Shown here: positions 18,944 to 31,623 of the stretch, one piece after another
Numbering within the stretch: position 1 is the first letter of the stretch
How the letters are laid out: each line of letters starts with the position of its first letter
DNA from: Myxococcota bacterium
GTDB taxonomy: Bacteria > Myxococcota_A > Polyangia > Nannocystales > Nannocystaceae
Length of the DNA stretch: 64,000 nt
Direction of reading: 5' to 3'
Assembly (NCBI GenBank): GCA_039028615.1
Contig: JBCCHT010000003.1
Span: forward strand, 1 to 64,000
Translations under genes and position numbers: made by a program
Notes under the pieces: model-generated
The model's input: the letters and a program-made list of their open reading frames with translations, nothing else
Told to the model about the DNA's origin: nothing
Database searches by the model: none

Positions 18944-19804
18944 ATGGACCGGGGCTGCCGCGGAGCCATCGCCCTGCCCTTGTTGTTCGGCGCCTGCAAT
19001 TCTCCTCCGTCCGATGAACCCCAGGACAGCTCGTCGACGGGGCACGAGCACTCCGCCGCGGAGTCGACGACATCGACGTCGGCATCCACCAGCTCGTCCT
19101 CGTCGGAGTCCACGACCTCGGGTGCCGACGAGAGCACGACGTCGCTCGGTCTCGGCGAGGGGGCCGAATGCGATCCCTACGTCCAAGATTGCATGGACGG
19201 CTTCAAGTGCGTCCCTCGTATCGATGACGGGGGGCAGATCGGCAATGCGTGTGTCGCCGTTTCGGGGTCCGATGTGCCCGGTGACACGTGCACGCACGAG
19301 GGCGTGCTGTCCGGGGCCGATTCCTGCGACGCCGAGGGCATGTGCTTCGGCGAGCTCAGCTTCGTCTCCGGGTGGGATGGCGTGTGTCGCCGTTTCTGCG
19401 GTGGGACACCCGAGGTGGCGGACTGCGAGAGCCTCGACGAGCAGTGCGCGGGAGGGCTGTTTCCCATCTGCCTGCCGCGCTGCGACCCTCTCGTGCAGGA
19501 CTGCACCGGCCCCGGCGAGGGGTGCTATTTTCGTGGCGCCATCGACTCGTTCGTGTGCTTCGTGTCGTCGAGCGATGCAGGCGCGGGAGACAACTGCGAG
19601 ACGGGGACCAGCTGTAGCCCGGGGCTGCAGTGCCGCGAGGCCGCGACCGTCACTGGGTGCACCTCGACCAACTGTTGTGCCGAGTTCTGCGACACCGAGG
19701 AGGTCGGCGCGTGCGATGGCGCGATTGCAGGAGCCGACTGCATCGCGCTCGGTGCGATCGAGCCTCAGTTCGAGAACGTGGGCGTCTGCGGCATCCCGCA
19801 GTAG
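18944..19804 (+). CDS. Cys-rich repeat lipoprotein
   Basis: Lipobox FGA-C, S/T linker, CDPYVQDC..GFKC and CDPLVQDC repeats; alternative ATG at 18902. Confidence 0.8.
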   Translation: MDRGCRGAIALPLLFGACNSPPSDEPQDSSSTGHEHSAAESTTSTSASTSSSSSESTTSGADESTTSLGLGEGAECDPYVQDCMDGFKCVPRIDDGGQIGNACVAVSGSDVPGDTCTHEGVLSGADSCDAEGMCFGELSFVSGWDGVCRRFCGGTPEVADCESLDEQCAGGLFPICLPRCDPLVQDCTGPGEGCYFRGAIDSFVCFVSSSDAGAGDNCETGTSCSPGLQCREAATVTGCTSTNCCAEFCDTEEVGACDGAIAGADCIALGAIEPQFENVGVCGIPQ

Positions 19805-19819
19805 ATCGACCCGGGGGGC

Positions 19820-20902
19820 TCACGCCCGCAGGCTGTCGCCCGACTCCGGATCGAACAGGTGTAGGTCGTCGACCTGCAGCCCGATGGTCTCCCCGCGGCC
19901 CACCGGGCGCGCGCCGGGCAGGCAGGCGATGAAGTCGTGGCCCGCCACCGAGCCGTGCACATGCGCATCGGGCCCGAGCGTCTCCACCAGCTCGGCTCGC
20001 AGCGAGATGGCTCCGTCGGCGCTCGTCGACAGGTCGTGGGGTCGAATGCCCAGCGACACGGGGCGCCCTTCGTCGAGCCCGCCGTACTCCGCATCTTCGG
20101 GCACTCGCAGCCGCAGCGGTGCATCTCCGCCCAGCTCCAGCGTGGCTCGGCCGTCCTTGCGCCCGACCGTGGCGTCGAGGAAGTTCATCGCTGGGCTGCC
20201 CACGAAGCCGGCCACGAAGCGGTTGGCGGGGCGCTGGTAGATCTCGAGCGGCGGCCCCGATTGCTGCACGTACCCACCCTCGAGCACGAAGAGCTGGTCC
20301 GCCAGCGTCATCGCCTCGACCTGGTCGTGGGTGACGTACACGCTCGTGGCGTCGGCCTGGTCGTGCAATCGCCGGATGTCCACCCGCACCTGGTTGCGCA
20401 GCGCGGGATCGAGGTTGGACAGAGGCTCGTCGAACAAGAACAACGACGAGCGCCGCACGATGGCCCGCCCCATGGCGACGCGCTGGCGCTGCCCCCCGGA
20501 AAGCGCCCGGGGGTGGCGATCGAGCAGGGCCTCGAGCCCGAGCATGCCCGCCGCTTCGGCGACCCGCTCCTCGATGACCCGGGGGTCTTCCTTGCGGAGC
20601 TTGAGCCCGAACGCCAGGTTGTCCCGCACCGTCATGTGGGGATAAAGGGCGTAGGACTGGAACACCATGGCCAGGTCGCGGTCGCGCGGCGAGGCGGAGG
20701 TGACGTCGCGATCTCCGAAGTGAATGGTGCCAGTGGTGACCTGCTCGAGCCCGGCGATGAGCCGCAGCAGGGTCGACTTACCGCAGCCGCTGGGACCCAC
20801 GAGCACCGCGAAGGCGCCCTGGGGAATCTCGGCCTCGATGTCGTGCAGGACCCGGGTGGAGCCGAAGCTCTTCGAGACGCCGCGTAAAGTGACGCTGACC
20901 AT
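19820..20902 (-). CDS. Sugar ABC transporter ATP-binding protein (MalK/UgpC family)
   Basis: Walker A GPSGCGKST, VFQSYALYPHMTV, LSGGQRQRVAMGRA, FDEPLSNLD, YVTHDQVEAMT, C-terminal TOBE-like region. Confidence 0.95.
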   Translation of the reverse strand: MVSVTLRGVSKSFGSTRVLHDIEAEIPQGAFAVLVGPSGCGKSTLLRLIAGLEQVTTGTIHFGDRDVTSASPRDRDLAMVFQSYALYPHMTVRDNLAFGLKLRKEDPRVIEERVAEAAGMLGLEALLDRHPRALSGGQRQRVAMGRAIVRRSSLFLFDEPLSNLDPALRNQVRVDIRRLHDQADATSVYVTHDQVEAMTLADQLFVLEGGYVQQSGPPLEIYQRPANRFVAGFVGSPAMNFLDATVGRKDGRATLELGGDAPLRLRVPEDAEYGGLDEGRPVSLGIRPHDLSTSADGAISLRAELVETLGPDAHVHGSVAGHDFIACLPGARPVGRGETIGLQVDDLHLFDPESGDSLRA

Positions 20903-20915
20903 GGGCTGGCTTTGC

Positions 20916-22856
20916 TCAGATCCCGGGGCGCAGCTCGTCTTCGGGAACGAGCATGGCTCCGCGCATGGGATCGACGGTGATGGCGACGGTCTGGTCCGCG
21001 CCCACGATGTACTGCGTGCCGTCGCCCGCGATCGCGTCCATGAGCACGGTGCCCGGCGGAGCGCTGACGACCATGGTCTCGCCCTCGAAGGTCGGGCTGC
21101 TCGCGTGACCCTGGTGGGTGTTGAACACCATGAGCACGTAGGAGCCGCCCGAGTCCTCGCCGAAGCGCTCGAAGGCGAAGATGCCCGCGTCCGACTCGTC
21201 GTCGACGTGGTTGGTCGACCAGGCCACCCGCGTCTCACCGCGACGTAGCGCGACGTAGGCGTTGCGCAGCGCGATGAGTCGCTTGGTCCACGCGAAGGTG
21301 TCGCCCGTCGTGTCGAAGCCGGTGTCCCACATGCGCTCGCGGTTGGCGGGGTCGTTGCCGCCTGCGAAGGCCTGCTCGGTGCCGTAGTACAGGCAGGGCA
21401 CGCCCTGGGCGGCCATCACGAAGAGCAGCACGTTGTGCAGCAGCTGGACGCGGGTCTCCGGCTCGCGGTCGCGCAGGTTGAACATGAACCGAGCGACGTC
21501 GTGGTTGTCGACGAAGTTGATCGGCATCTGGGCCGGCGAGACGCCGATGCCGAGCTCGTTGGGCTCGGTGCCCCAGGTGTTGACCCGGTTCTCCCACAGC
21601 GTCTGGATCCGGTCGGTGCTCTGCGCCGCGGTGAACACGTCGCGCACCGCCTGGAAGTGCTGCGAGAAGTAGAAGGCGCTGTCGATCTGGTCGCCCGTGA
21701 TCGGCGGCCCGCTGGGGGAGCAGCTCTGCTCGGCGGCGAGCTGCTCTTCGTCGCTGGGGTCGAAGGTCGGCTCCTGGCCCAGCAGGCGCACCACGTCGGC
21801 GTCGCCGAGGATGTCGTGCTTGGTGTAGGAGCCCAGCAGGTCGTCGCGGCCGTCGAAGACCTCGCCGAACATCAGGAAGTTGGTCTTGCCCTGGGCGGCC
21901 AGGCGCTGGCGTAGCCGCTGGGTGAAGATGCGCCAGAACTCGTACTCGACGTGCTTGATCGTGTCGATGCGGTAGCCGTCGGCGTTGGTCTTCTCGATCC
22001 AGCTGGCGTAGATCTCGATGAACTCCTGCTTGACGTCGCAGCGGGTGGTGTCGATGTCCTTGAGCCCGCCGGGGAAGTCCCCGTGCAGCAGCTGGTCGGG
22101 ATCGTCGAAGTTCACCGTCCGACCCTTGCGGTTGTAGACGGCGGGATCCTCGAAGAGCGCGGGGCTGGGCGGGATGTGGTTGGTCGCCGGGTCGTACTGG
22201 AAGATCACGGGGGCGGGGCCGGCCTCGCCGAGCGAGGTGAAGGCCTGGATGCCGCGTGGATCGAAGTCGGGGTCGTACTCGGTGTAGTGATTGACCGGGA
22301 CCTCGTTGCCGTCGTTCTGCAGGTTGATGTCGGCGACCCCGTTGAGGTTCATGTCGTAGAAGAACGCCTGCCCGACATGGTTGGTGACGATGTCGATGAT
22401 CACCTTCATGTCGCGGGCGTGCGCCTCGCGGACCAGGTTCTGCAGCGTGGCGAGGCTGCCGAAGTGCGGGTTGACGTCGTTGAAATCCTGGGCCCAGTAG
22501 CCGTGGTAGCCGTCGAAGTTGGCATCGGTCTCGACGTTGCGAATGACGGGGGAGATCCACAGGGTGGTGACCCCGAGCTCCTCGAAGTAGCCCATGCGAT
22601 CGATGAGCCCCTGCCAGTCTCCGCCCTGGTAGCGCGCCAGGTCGTCGGTGTTGACCATGTAGTCGTTGCCGCGGTCGCCGTTGGCGAAGCGATCGACGAG
22701 CACCTGATAGATGACCTCGTCTCGCCAGTCGTCGACGTGGGTGCTGAGCTCGACGTCGGTTTGCTCGTCGAGCTCGCGGAAGTCGGCACAGGCCCCGCTG
22801 AGCAGCAGGGCGGCGCCGAGGGCCACGCGGGTGAGTGAGAAGCGCGTGCGTGCCAT
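20916..22856 (-). CDS. GH13 alpha-amylase family lipoprotein
   Basis: Lipobox SGA-C; IYQVLVDRF, GGDWQG, YHGYW, DIVTNH, DGYRIDTIKH, GEVF, FVDNHD. Confidence 0.93.
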   Translation of the reverse strand: MARTRFSLTRVALGAALLLSGACADFRELDEQTDVELSTHVDDWRDEVIYQVLVDRFANGDRGNDYMVNTDDLARYQGGDWQGLIDRMGYFEELGVTTLWISPVIRNVETDANFDGYHGYWAQDFNDVNPHFGSLATLQNLVREAHARDMKVIIDIVTNHVGQAFFYDMNLNGVADINLQNDGNEVPVNHYTEYDPDFDPRGIQAFTSLGEAGPAPVIFQYDPATNHIPPSPALFEDPAVYNRKGRTVNFDDPDQLLHGDFPGGLKDIDTTRCDVKQEFIEIYASWIEKTNADGYRIDTIKHVEYEFWRIFTQRLRQRLAAQGKTNFLMFGEVFDGRDDLLGSYTKHDILGDADVVRLLGQEPTFDPSDEEQLAAEQSCSPSGPPITGDQIDSAFYFSQHFQAVRDVFTAAQSTDRIQTLWENRVNTWGTEPNELGIGVSPAQMPINFVDNHDVARFMFNLRDREPETRVQLLHNVLLFVMAAQGVPCLYYGTEQAFAGGNDPANRERMWDTGFDTTGDTFAWTKRLIALRNAYVALRRGETRVAWSTNHVDDESDAGIFAFERFGEDSGGSYVLMVFNTHQGHASSPTFEGETMVVSAPPGTVLMDAIAGDGTQYIVGADQTVAITVDPMRGAMLVPEDELRPGI

Positions 22857-22858
22857 GG

Positions 22859-24580
22859 TCAGTCCCGGAAGTAGCTGGTGGAGCCGAACCACCACTCGGC
22901 CCCGAGGGCGATGTAGTGATCGACGGAGCGAACGCGGAAGGCGTCGTGCTCGGGATAGAGCGAGCGCGCGGAGGGGTCGCGCATGGTCAGCAAGTAGGTG
23001 AGGCGAATGTGCGGGCGGGTGAAGTTGCCGCGGCCGCCCGGGCTCAGGAAGGGCATCAGGCCCACGCGCCCCATCTGGGCGAACAGCGGCTGCTGGCCGC
23101 CCTCACCGTCGTCGGCCAGCACGCCGCGGCGCTGCGCCTGGTACGAGCCCTCCACCGAGACGCCGGCGATCTTGCCGAGCCACAGGGTGGGCCGCAGGAT
23201 GACCACGCCCTCGGCCAGGTCGCCGTAGTCGAGCGCCGGGCTGGCGTTGCGGAAGCTTCGCCAGTAGCTGCCCAGCAGAAGACCGAAGGGGCCGACCTCG
23301 TAGTTGCCGCCCGCGGCCACGAGATACTCGCGCGCGCCCCGGCTGCTGCGATCGGGCGCGAGCTGGATGGGCGCATTGAACTCGCCGTAGGCGGCCAGGC
23401 CCCCCGAGGCGCGGAACACCAGGTTGAGGTGGGTGCTGCGCTTGCCGGTGAACATGCCCAGCTGGGTGCCCACCAGCCAGCCCGACTCGCGCGGCAGGTC
23501 TTCGAAGACCCGGGGCTCGACCTGGCGCTGGCCTTCGTTGGCGTAGTGCGCCTCGCCGTAGACGATGGGCTTGATGCCGCCGCCCTTGTTGCCGACCCAG
23601 AACAAGTGGCTCAGCTTGCCGCTGCTGATGATCTTCTGGCGGTCGAGGATCGAGACCTGGGCCTCGCCCGGCTGGGCGTAGGGTCGCGGTCGCGGCACGG
23701 CCTGGAAGAACAGCGGGCTATCGGGTTGGTTGGCGCCCGTATGGAGCTTGAGCTCGGTGTTCTCGCCGAAGGTATAGGCCAGGCCGCCGCCCATGGTGTT
23801 GAGGTTGTCGAGCGGCCAGAAGTCGAGCAGGTAGATGTCGTTGCCGCGGTACATCCGGGAGCCGGCCCAGATCCGCAGGTTCTTGAGGCCCAGGCCCGAC
23901 TCCTCGAGATAGAGGTTGCGGACGCCGAGGTTGGTGTCGAAGTTGCCGGTCTGGTGAAACAGCGGCGAGCCGATGGCCAGGGTCACCACCGCTCGCGTGT
24001 AGGCGTCGGTCTTTTCCCAGTAGTCCTCCCGGCGTAGCTCGAGCTCGGCGTAGGTGGACTCGTCGAGCCGGGAGCCGCGGGCCACGATGTCGCCGTCACG
24101 CCCGGCTCGGCCCCGGTGGTCGCCTCCGATGACGACGCGCCCGTAGGAACCGAAGTGGAAGCCGTCGGCGTAGTCGGGCGGGCGGTTGTAGGTGACGTCG
24201 GCCGGAGCCACGGGCACCACGGGCGCTTCGTCCTCGTCGCCCTCGGGCTGCACGATGACGGGCGGCGGTTTGCCCAGCTCTTCGGCGACCTCGGCTTGCG
24301 ACTGACGCAGCGCCTCGACCTGGCGCTCGAGGGTATCGATGCGACGGTTGAGCGCATCGACCTCGGCCGCGGTGGGTCCGGAGGGCTCGGGAGCGGGAGC
24401 CGGCTCGGGCTCGGATTGCTCGGGGCTGTCGGGCGCGAGGTCGGCTTCAGGCTCTGCGACGAGGTCGGTGTCGCCGGCATGGGCCGTCGCGGGGGCAACA
24501 CCAAAGCCGATCGCGGCGAGCCACGAAGCAAGTCCCAGCGCGAGGCGACGGGGGCGGATGGGAAGGTCGTTGCCAGACAC
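22859..24580 (-). CDS. Maltoporin/LamB-like carbohydrate outer-membrane porin
   Basis: Signal peptide (AHA), N-terminal coiled coil, FHFGSYGRV, YAELEL, WAGSRMYRG.DIYLLDFW, C-terminal GAEWWF; adjacent to amylase and ABC ATPase. Confidence 0.8.
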   Translation of the reverse strand: MSGNDLPIRPRRLALGLASWLAAIGFGVAPATAHAGDTDLVAEPEADLAPDSPEQSEPEPAPAPEPSGPTAAEVDALNRRIDTLERQVEALRQSQAEVAEELGKPPPVIVQPEGDEDEAPVVPVAPADVTYNRPPDYADGFHFGSYGRVVIGGDHRGRAGRDGDIVARGSRLDESTYAELELRREDYWEKTDAYTRAVVTLAIGSPLFHQTGNFDTNLGVRNLYLEESGLGLKNLRIWAGSRMYRGNDIYLLDFWPLDNLNTMGGGLAYTFGENTELKLHTGANQPDSPLFFQAVPRPRPYAQPGEAQVSILDRQKIISSGKLSHLFWVGNKGGGIKPIVYGEAHYANEGQRQVEPRVFEDLPRESGWLVGTQLGMFTGKRSTHLNLVFRASGGLAAYGEFNAPIQLAPDRSSRGAREYLVAAGGNYEVGPFGLLLGSYWRSFRNASPALDYGDLAEGVVILRPTLWLGKIAGVSVEGSYQAQRRGVLADDGEGGQQPLFAQMGRVGLMPFLSPGGRGNFTRPHIRLTYLLTMRDPSARSLYPEHDAFRVRSVDHYIALGAEWWFGSTSYFRD

Positions 24581-24828
24581 GGAAACGGCGAGACTCTAAA
24601 CCAAGAGTCGCCGATGAGCGACGCCGCCGAGGCGAAGTTGGCGCGAGCGCTTCGACACGAGTTTTCGGGGGTGCGGAGGATCAATGCGGGCCGCGGATGT
24701 TCGCCCATTCACCGAAGTGACAGCGGCTGTCATTGGCAACCAGCGCAGCCGGCGATGTCATTGTGCAACTAGCCCAATTCGGCCTCTAATGTGGGTGTAG
24801 CTGTCGTTTTTCGTTTCGGGCCCTCACA

Positions 24829-25182
24829 TTGTCGCGTATGCTGCAACGCATGGAGATGCGGGTGGGACGGTCGACGTTGCGTGTATTCGAGGCGAGGCGT
24901 TCAGTAGTGGATGGCAAGCTCGAGGCGCTCATGAGCGAGAACGAGAACATCGACCAGCTCCTCGTTCAATTGCAGCGACGCAAGGAGATCGTGGAGGGGC
25001 GCTTCGAACTGCTGGTGGCCGAGCGTGACTTATTGGACGAGCGGATCTGGCGAGGTCAGCAAGAGCCGGTGGTGCAGCTGGGGCCCCGTCCCCCCGTGGT
25101 CCGGGGGCGGAGCATCGGGCCCCGAGAACTGACCCGTGAACCATGGGACATCGAAGAGCTCGAGGCGGCGCTGGCCTGCTGA
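24829..25182 (+). CDS. Small hypothetical coiled-coil protein (start uncertain)
   Basis: Heptad-like LEALMSENENIDQLLVQLQRRKEIVEGRFELL; fills the gap between the flanking minus-strand genes. Confidence 0.5.
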   Translation: MSRMLQRMEMRVGRSTLRVFEARRSVVDGKLEALMSENENIDQLLVQLQRRKEIVEGRFELLVAERDLLDERIWRGQQEPVVQLGPRPPVVRGRSIGPRELTREPWDIEELEAALAC

Positions 25183-25276
25183 GTGCGAACCACCGCGCGC
25201 ACCTCGACGAACGCCCGGTGCACCTTCACTACCGGGGGCTACGCATCGAGCCCCGGTCGAACACGGGGCGCGGCGC

Positions 25277-26611
25277 TCAGGTCTTGCCGCCCTGCATCAC
25301 GCCCGTCTGGCGACCGAGCTGCTCGAGAGCGCCCGCGGCCTGGATACTCCGATGCGAGCGGTTGCGACCCAGCCAGCGGCCGACGCCTTGCGAGCGCGCC
25401 ACGACCTCACGGGCGATGAAGTCGACGCGGCGGCAGGAGAGCTGACCGAGGGTCCAGCCCGGGCCTTCGCGACCGACGGGCTTGCCCAGCAGGCGACGCT
25501 CGGAGGGAGCGAAGCCGGAGCGGGTCTTGGCCCAGACCTCGCGGATCGCCTGCGCGTTGGGCAGCGGCGGCTCGTCGTCGGGTTGCTCGACGAGCTCGGC
25601 CTCGAGGTCGTCCTCGTCTTCGGCCGGGTCGTCACCCTCGACCTCTTCGTCGGGCTCCTCGGTGGAGTCCTCTTCCCACAGCGTCTCGTCGTCGGGGTCG
25701 AGGCCCAAGATGGCGGCCACGGCCTCGCCCGCGAGTCGCCGGGTGGTCTCGTCCTCGTGGTCGAGCAGCTTGATGCAGGCATCGACGGCGGGAACCCGAC
25801 CAGAGAAACCGAGGGCCCAGATGGTGTCGTGGCGCAGCGCCTCGTCTTCGAGCCGCTTGACCAGCGCGGCGGCGTGCTGCTCGGTGCCGAAGCACGCGAC
25901 CCAGGTCAGGACCGAGCGACTGGGCTCGGGGCTCTGCAGGGCCAGGTGCATCACCAGCTGCCAGGCGGAGCGCGAGTTCCAGACCAAGGCGGTCTCGAGC
26001 GCGGCCGCCTGCACGGCGGGCTCGGGGTGTTGAAGCCGTGACTCGACCGCGCCCAGCAAGCGACGGCGATCGCCGTAGGTCGAGGCTCGGAGCGCGGCCT
26101 CTTGCACCGCGACGTCCTCGTGAACCAGGCCGCGCTCGACGGCCGCACCCGGATCGAGGCCATGGTCGGCGCAGGCTTGCAGCAGCACGGTGAGCAGCAG
26201 GCCCTCGGCCTTCGGCAAGCGCCCGCGGACCCAGTCACCGACCTTGGGATGGGCGCACAGCGACAGCGCGACGGACATGCCGGGGCCGAGCGTCTCGGGG
26301 GGCTCCTCGGCGGCGAGGGCATCGAGGGCTCGGTCTTGGCCGGCTTCGAGCAAGGCGAGGCAGGCGGCGGCCATGCGGGGGAGCTCGGCGTCCTCTGCGA
26401 GGATCGGCCAGATCATCTCCTCGAGGGCGGCCGGGCCGTTGACGACGAGGCCGTCGATGTGGGCCAAAAGCCGCGCCTCGGGGCCATCACCCAATTCTTG
26501 CAGGGTGTACGAGGCCGACGCGCGGGCCGTGAGCCACGCTTCCACGAGAAACTCGGACTCGTCGAGGTGCTCCTCGACGACGTCCCACAGGATGGGCTCT
26601 TCGTCGGCCAT
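25277..26611 (-). CDS. TIGR02270-like HEAT-repeat protein
   Basis: N-terminal WDVVEEHLDESEFL...EARLLAHIDGL; WALGFSG; RLAGEA; PLPNAQAIREVW...RRLLGKP. Confidence 0.8.
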   Translation of the reverse strand: MADEEPILWDVVEEHLDESEFLVEAWLTARASASYTLQELGDGPEARLLAHIDGLVVNGPAALEEMIWPILAEDAELPRMAAACLALLEAGQDRALDALAAEEPPETLGPGMSVALSLCAHPKVGDWVRGRLPKAEGLLLTVLLQACADHGLDPGAAVERGLVHEDVAVQEAALRASTYGDRRRLLGAVESRLQHPEPAVQAAALETALVWNSRSAWQLVMHLALQSPEPSRSVLTWVACFGTEQHAAALVKRLEDEALRHDTIWALGFSGRVPAVDACIKLLDHEDETTRRLAGEAVAAILGLDPDDETLWEEDSTEEPDEEVEGDDPAEDEDDLEAELVEQPDDEPPLPNAQAIREVWAKTRSGFAPSERRLLGKPVGREGPGWTLGQLSCRRVDFIAREVVARSQGVGRWLGRNRSHRSIQAAGALEQLGRQTGVMQGGKT

Positions 26612-27112
26612 TTAGTTGATGAGGACCGAGCCGCCCTTGATGCGGTTGACCCCTTTGGAACGGGTCTCCACATAGGTGCCACGGATCACCACTCGGCCGT
26701 TGCGGCGCAGCACGAGGCTGGCCTGACCGCAGCGGAGCACGAGCTCGTCGGCGGCCTCGACCTCGACCCGACGGCCATCGGCTTCGACCTCGACGGGCGG
26801 AGCCTTGGGAGCGGTGGGCACGGTGTCGCGAAGCAGGCCCACCACGATGGGTCGGCCGGGGTCGCCATCTTCGAAGAGCAGGAGCACGGGGCACTCCTCG
26901 GCCACCGCCGAGTCCAGCTCGGCCGGGTCGAGGACCAGGGTCGTGCGGGCGCGCAGGGGGCCGTAGGGGTTGCCGGCGAAGTCCACCAGCAGGCGGCTTT
27001 GGTCGTTGATCCCGACGAGTCGGCCGGTACGCGGCGTGGTGATCGAACCGAGTTCTGCGCTCAGCTCGACGATATCCTGCGTTTGCTTGGTCTTGGGATC
27101 CTGAGTGCTCAT
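26612..27112 (-). CDS. DUF6484-like protein (gp5/VgrG-spike-like C-terminus)
   Basis: VLLLFEDGDPGRPIVVG then ADELVLRCGQASLVLRRNGRVVIRG...NRIKGGSVLIN; its stop abuts the next ATG. Confidence 0.8.
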   Translation of the reverse strand: MSTQDPKTKQTQDIVELSAELGSITTPRTGRLVGINDQSRLLVDFAGNPYGPLRARTTLVLDPAELDSAVAEECPVLLLFEDGDPGRPIVVGLLRDTVPTAPKAPPVEVEADGRRVEVEAADELVLRCGQASLVLRRNGRVVIRGTYVETRSKGVNRIKGGSVLIN

Positions 27113-27218
27113 GCTTGCCGCCGGTTTTCCGGGTCGGAGTATAGCAAGTCTGGGCCCATCGCCAGGCGAGTGGGCGAGTTGCGCTCGTGAGCGACCCCGA
27201 GGCGCGATCGCGGTCGTG

Positions 27219-30083
<2,865 letters not shown>

Positions 30084-30181
30084 GATGCGGCGAAGACTAC
30101 CCGATCCAAACCCGTGCCTAGAGCCCGGCCGCTGCGTGAGCACCACCGCTTTCGCTCCCCGGCTGACGACGCGCGGGGGTT

Positions 30182-31615
30182 ATGGGATACGCTTCGGCCT
30201 TGCCGCGCGCCGTGCCCCGCCGCTCTCGCCACCGTTGGCCGTTACCGAAGTCGATCGGTCGCGCACTCGTCGTCGGATCCTTGCTGATCCTCGGCTGCGA
30301 CTCGGCCCCGCCGAAGCCCGGAGAGCCGGCCCCGCAGGTCGCAGAGGCGAAGGCCGAGTCGCCATCGCTGGCCCCGGTCGTAGGCGAATCCCCGGCGAGC
30401 GACTCGCCGCAAGAGCCGACGCCGGCCGAGGTCGTGCCGCCACAGCCCGAGCCCGAGCCGGAACCCGAGCTGGACCCGCTTCACGGATCGGTGCGACCCG
30501 GCGACAGCCTGAGCAAGATCCTCCATCGGGCGGGCATCGGCGCGGCCGAGGTCCAGGTCGTCGCCGAGGCGCTCACGCCCGTGATGGACCCGGCCACGAT
30601 TCGCATCGGTCAGCGCTACGACATCGAGCTGGACGAGGGCGGCGAGCTGCTCTCGTTCGCCTTCCATCTCGCGCAGACCGAGGTGGCTCGCGTCCGCCGA
30701 AAAAAAGGCGGCGCGCTCGAGGGCAAGCTCGAGACCCGCGCCACCGAGCGCCACGAAGAGGAAATCATCGGCGAGGTCCGCAGCTCCTTGTGGGGGGCGC
30801 TGACCGAGCGCGGCCACTCGCCCGCGCTGGTCGACGTGCTGGTCGACGTCTTTGCGTACGACATCGACTTTTTCACCAGCACCCGAGCGGGAGACACCTT
30901 TCGCGTGATCGTCGAGCGCCACGAACTCGACGGCAAGCTCGTGCGCTACGGTCGGGTCCTGGCCGCGGAGTATCGCGGCGAGGCGGTGGGGGAGGCCGTG
31001 CTGCTGTGGTGGGAGCCGCCCGGTGGCGGCAAGCCGCTGTATGTCGATGGCGAGGGCAAGGGCGTGGCCCGGACGGTGGTCAAGTCGCCGCTCAAGTACG
31101 CGAGGATCACCTCGGGCTTCGATCCCAAGCGCATGCATCCCGTGCTGCATCGGGTGAAGAGCCACCAGGGTGTCGACTATGGTGCGCCCGAGGGCACGCC
31201 CGTGTGGGCGGCCGCCGATGGCAAGATCGTTTTTCGAGCCGAGAAGGGCGGGGCGGGCAACATGGTCATCCTCCGTCACCCCGGCGGACTCAAGACCCTG
31301 TACATGCACTTGTCGCGGTTCGCCGAGGGGCAGCGGGTCGGCGACACGATCGATGCCAAGACGGTCATCGGTTATGTCGGGCAGACCGGCTTGGCCACGG
31401 GTCCCCACCTGCACTACGGCATGCAGAAGAACGGGCGCTACGTCGACCCCACCACGATCGAGTCGGTGCGGGCCAAGGGCGTGGCCAAGGCCGACCGCAC
31501 CCGCTTCCGTCGGTTTCGCGATCGGTGGCTGAAGCGGCTGGCCGCGATCGACGAGGGCGAGGGCGAAGGCGACGAAGAGCCCACGGGCGGCCCAGAGTCA
31601 GAGCCCGAGCGTTGA
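30182..31615 (+). CDS. M23 family metallopeptidase (MepM/OapA-like), probable lipoprotein
   Basis: HQGVDYGAPEGTPV, YMHLS, TGPHLHY; LysM-like VRPGDSLSKIL; lipobox LILG-C; start uncertain. Confidence 0.92.
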   Translation: MGYASALPRAVPRRSRHRWPLPKSIGRALVVGSLLILGCDSAPPKPGEPAPQVAEAKAESPSLAPVVGESPASDSPQEPTPAEVVPPQPEPEPEPELDPLHGSVRPGDSLSKILHRAGIGAAEVQVVAEALTPVMDPATIRIGQRYDIELDEGGELLSFAFHLAQTEVARVRRKKGGALEGKLETRATERHEEEIIGEVRSSLWGALTERGHSPALVDVLVDVFAYDIDFFTSTRAGDTFRVIVERHELDGKLVRYGRVLAAEYRGEAVGEAVLLWWEPPGGGKPLYVDGEGKGVARTVVKSPLKYARITSGFDPKRMHPVLHRVKSHQGVDYGAPEGTPVWAAADGKIVFRAEKGGAGNMVILRHPGGLKTLYMHLSRFAEGQRVGDTIDAKTVIGYVGQTGLATGPHLHYGMQKNGRYVDPTTIESVRAKGVAKADRTRFRRFRDRWLKRLAAIDEGEGEGDEEPTGGPESEPER

Positions 31616-31623
31616 CGCGACTT

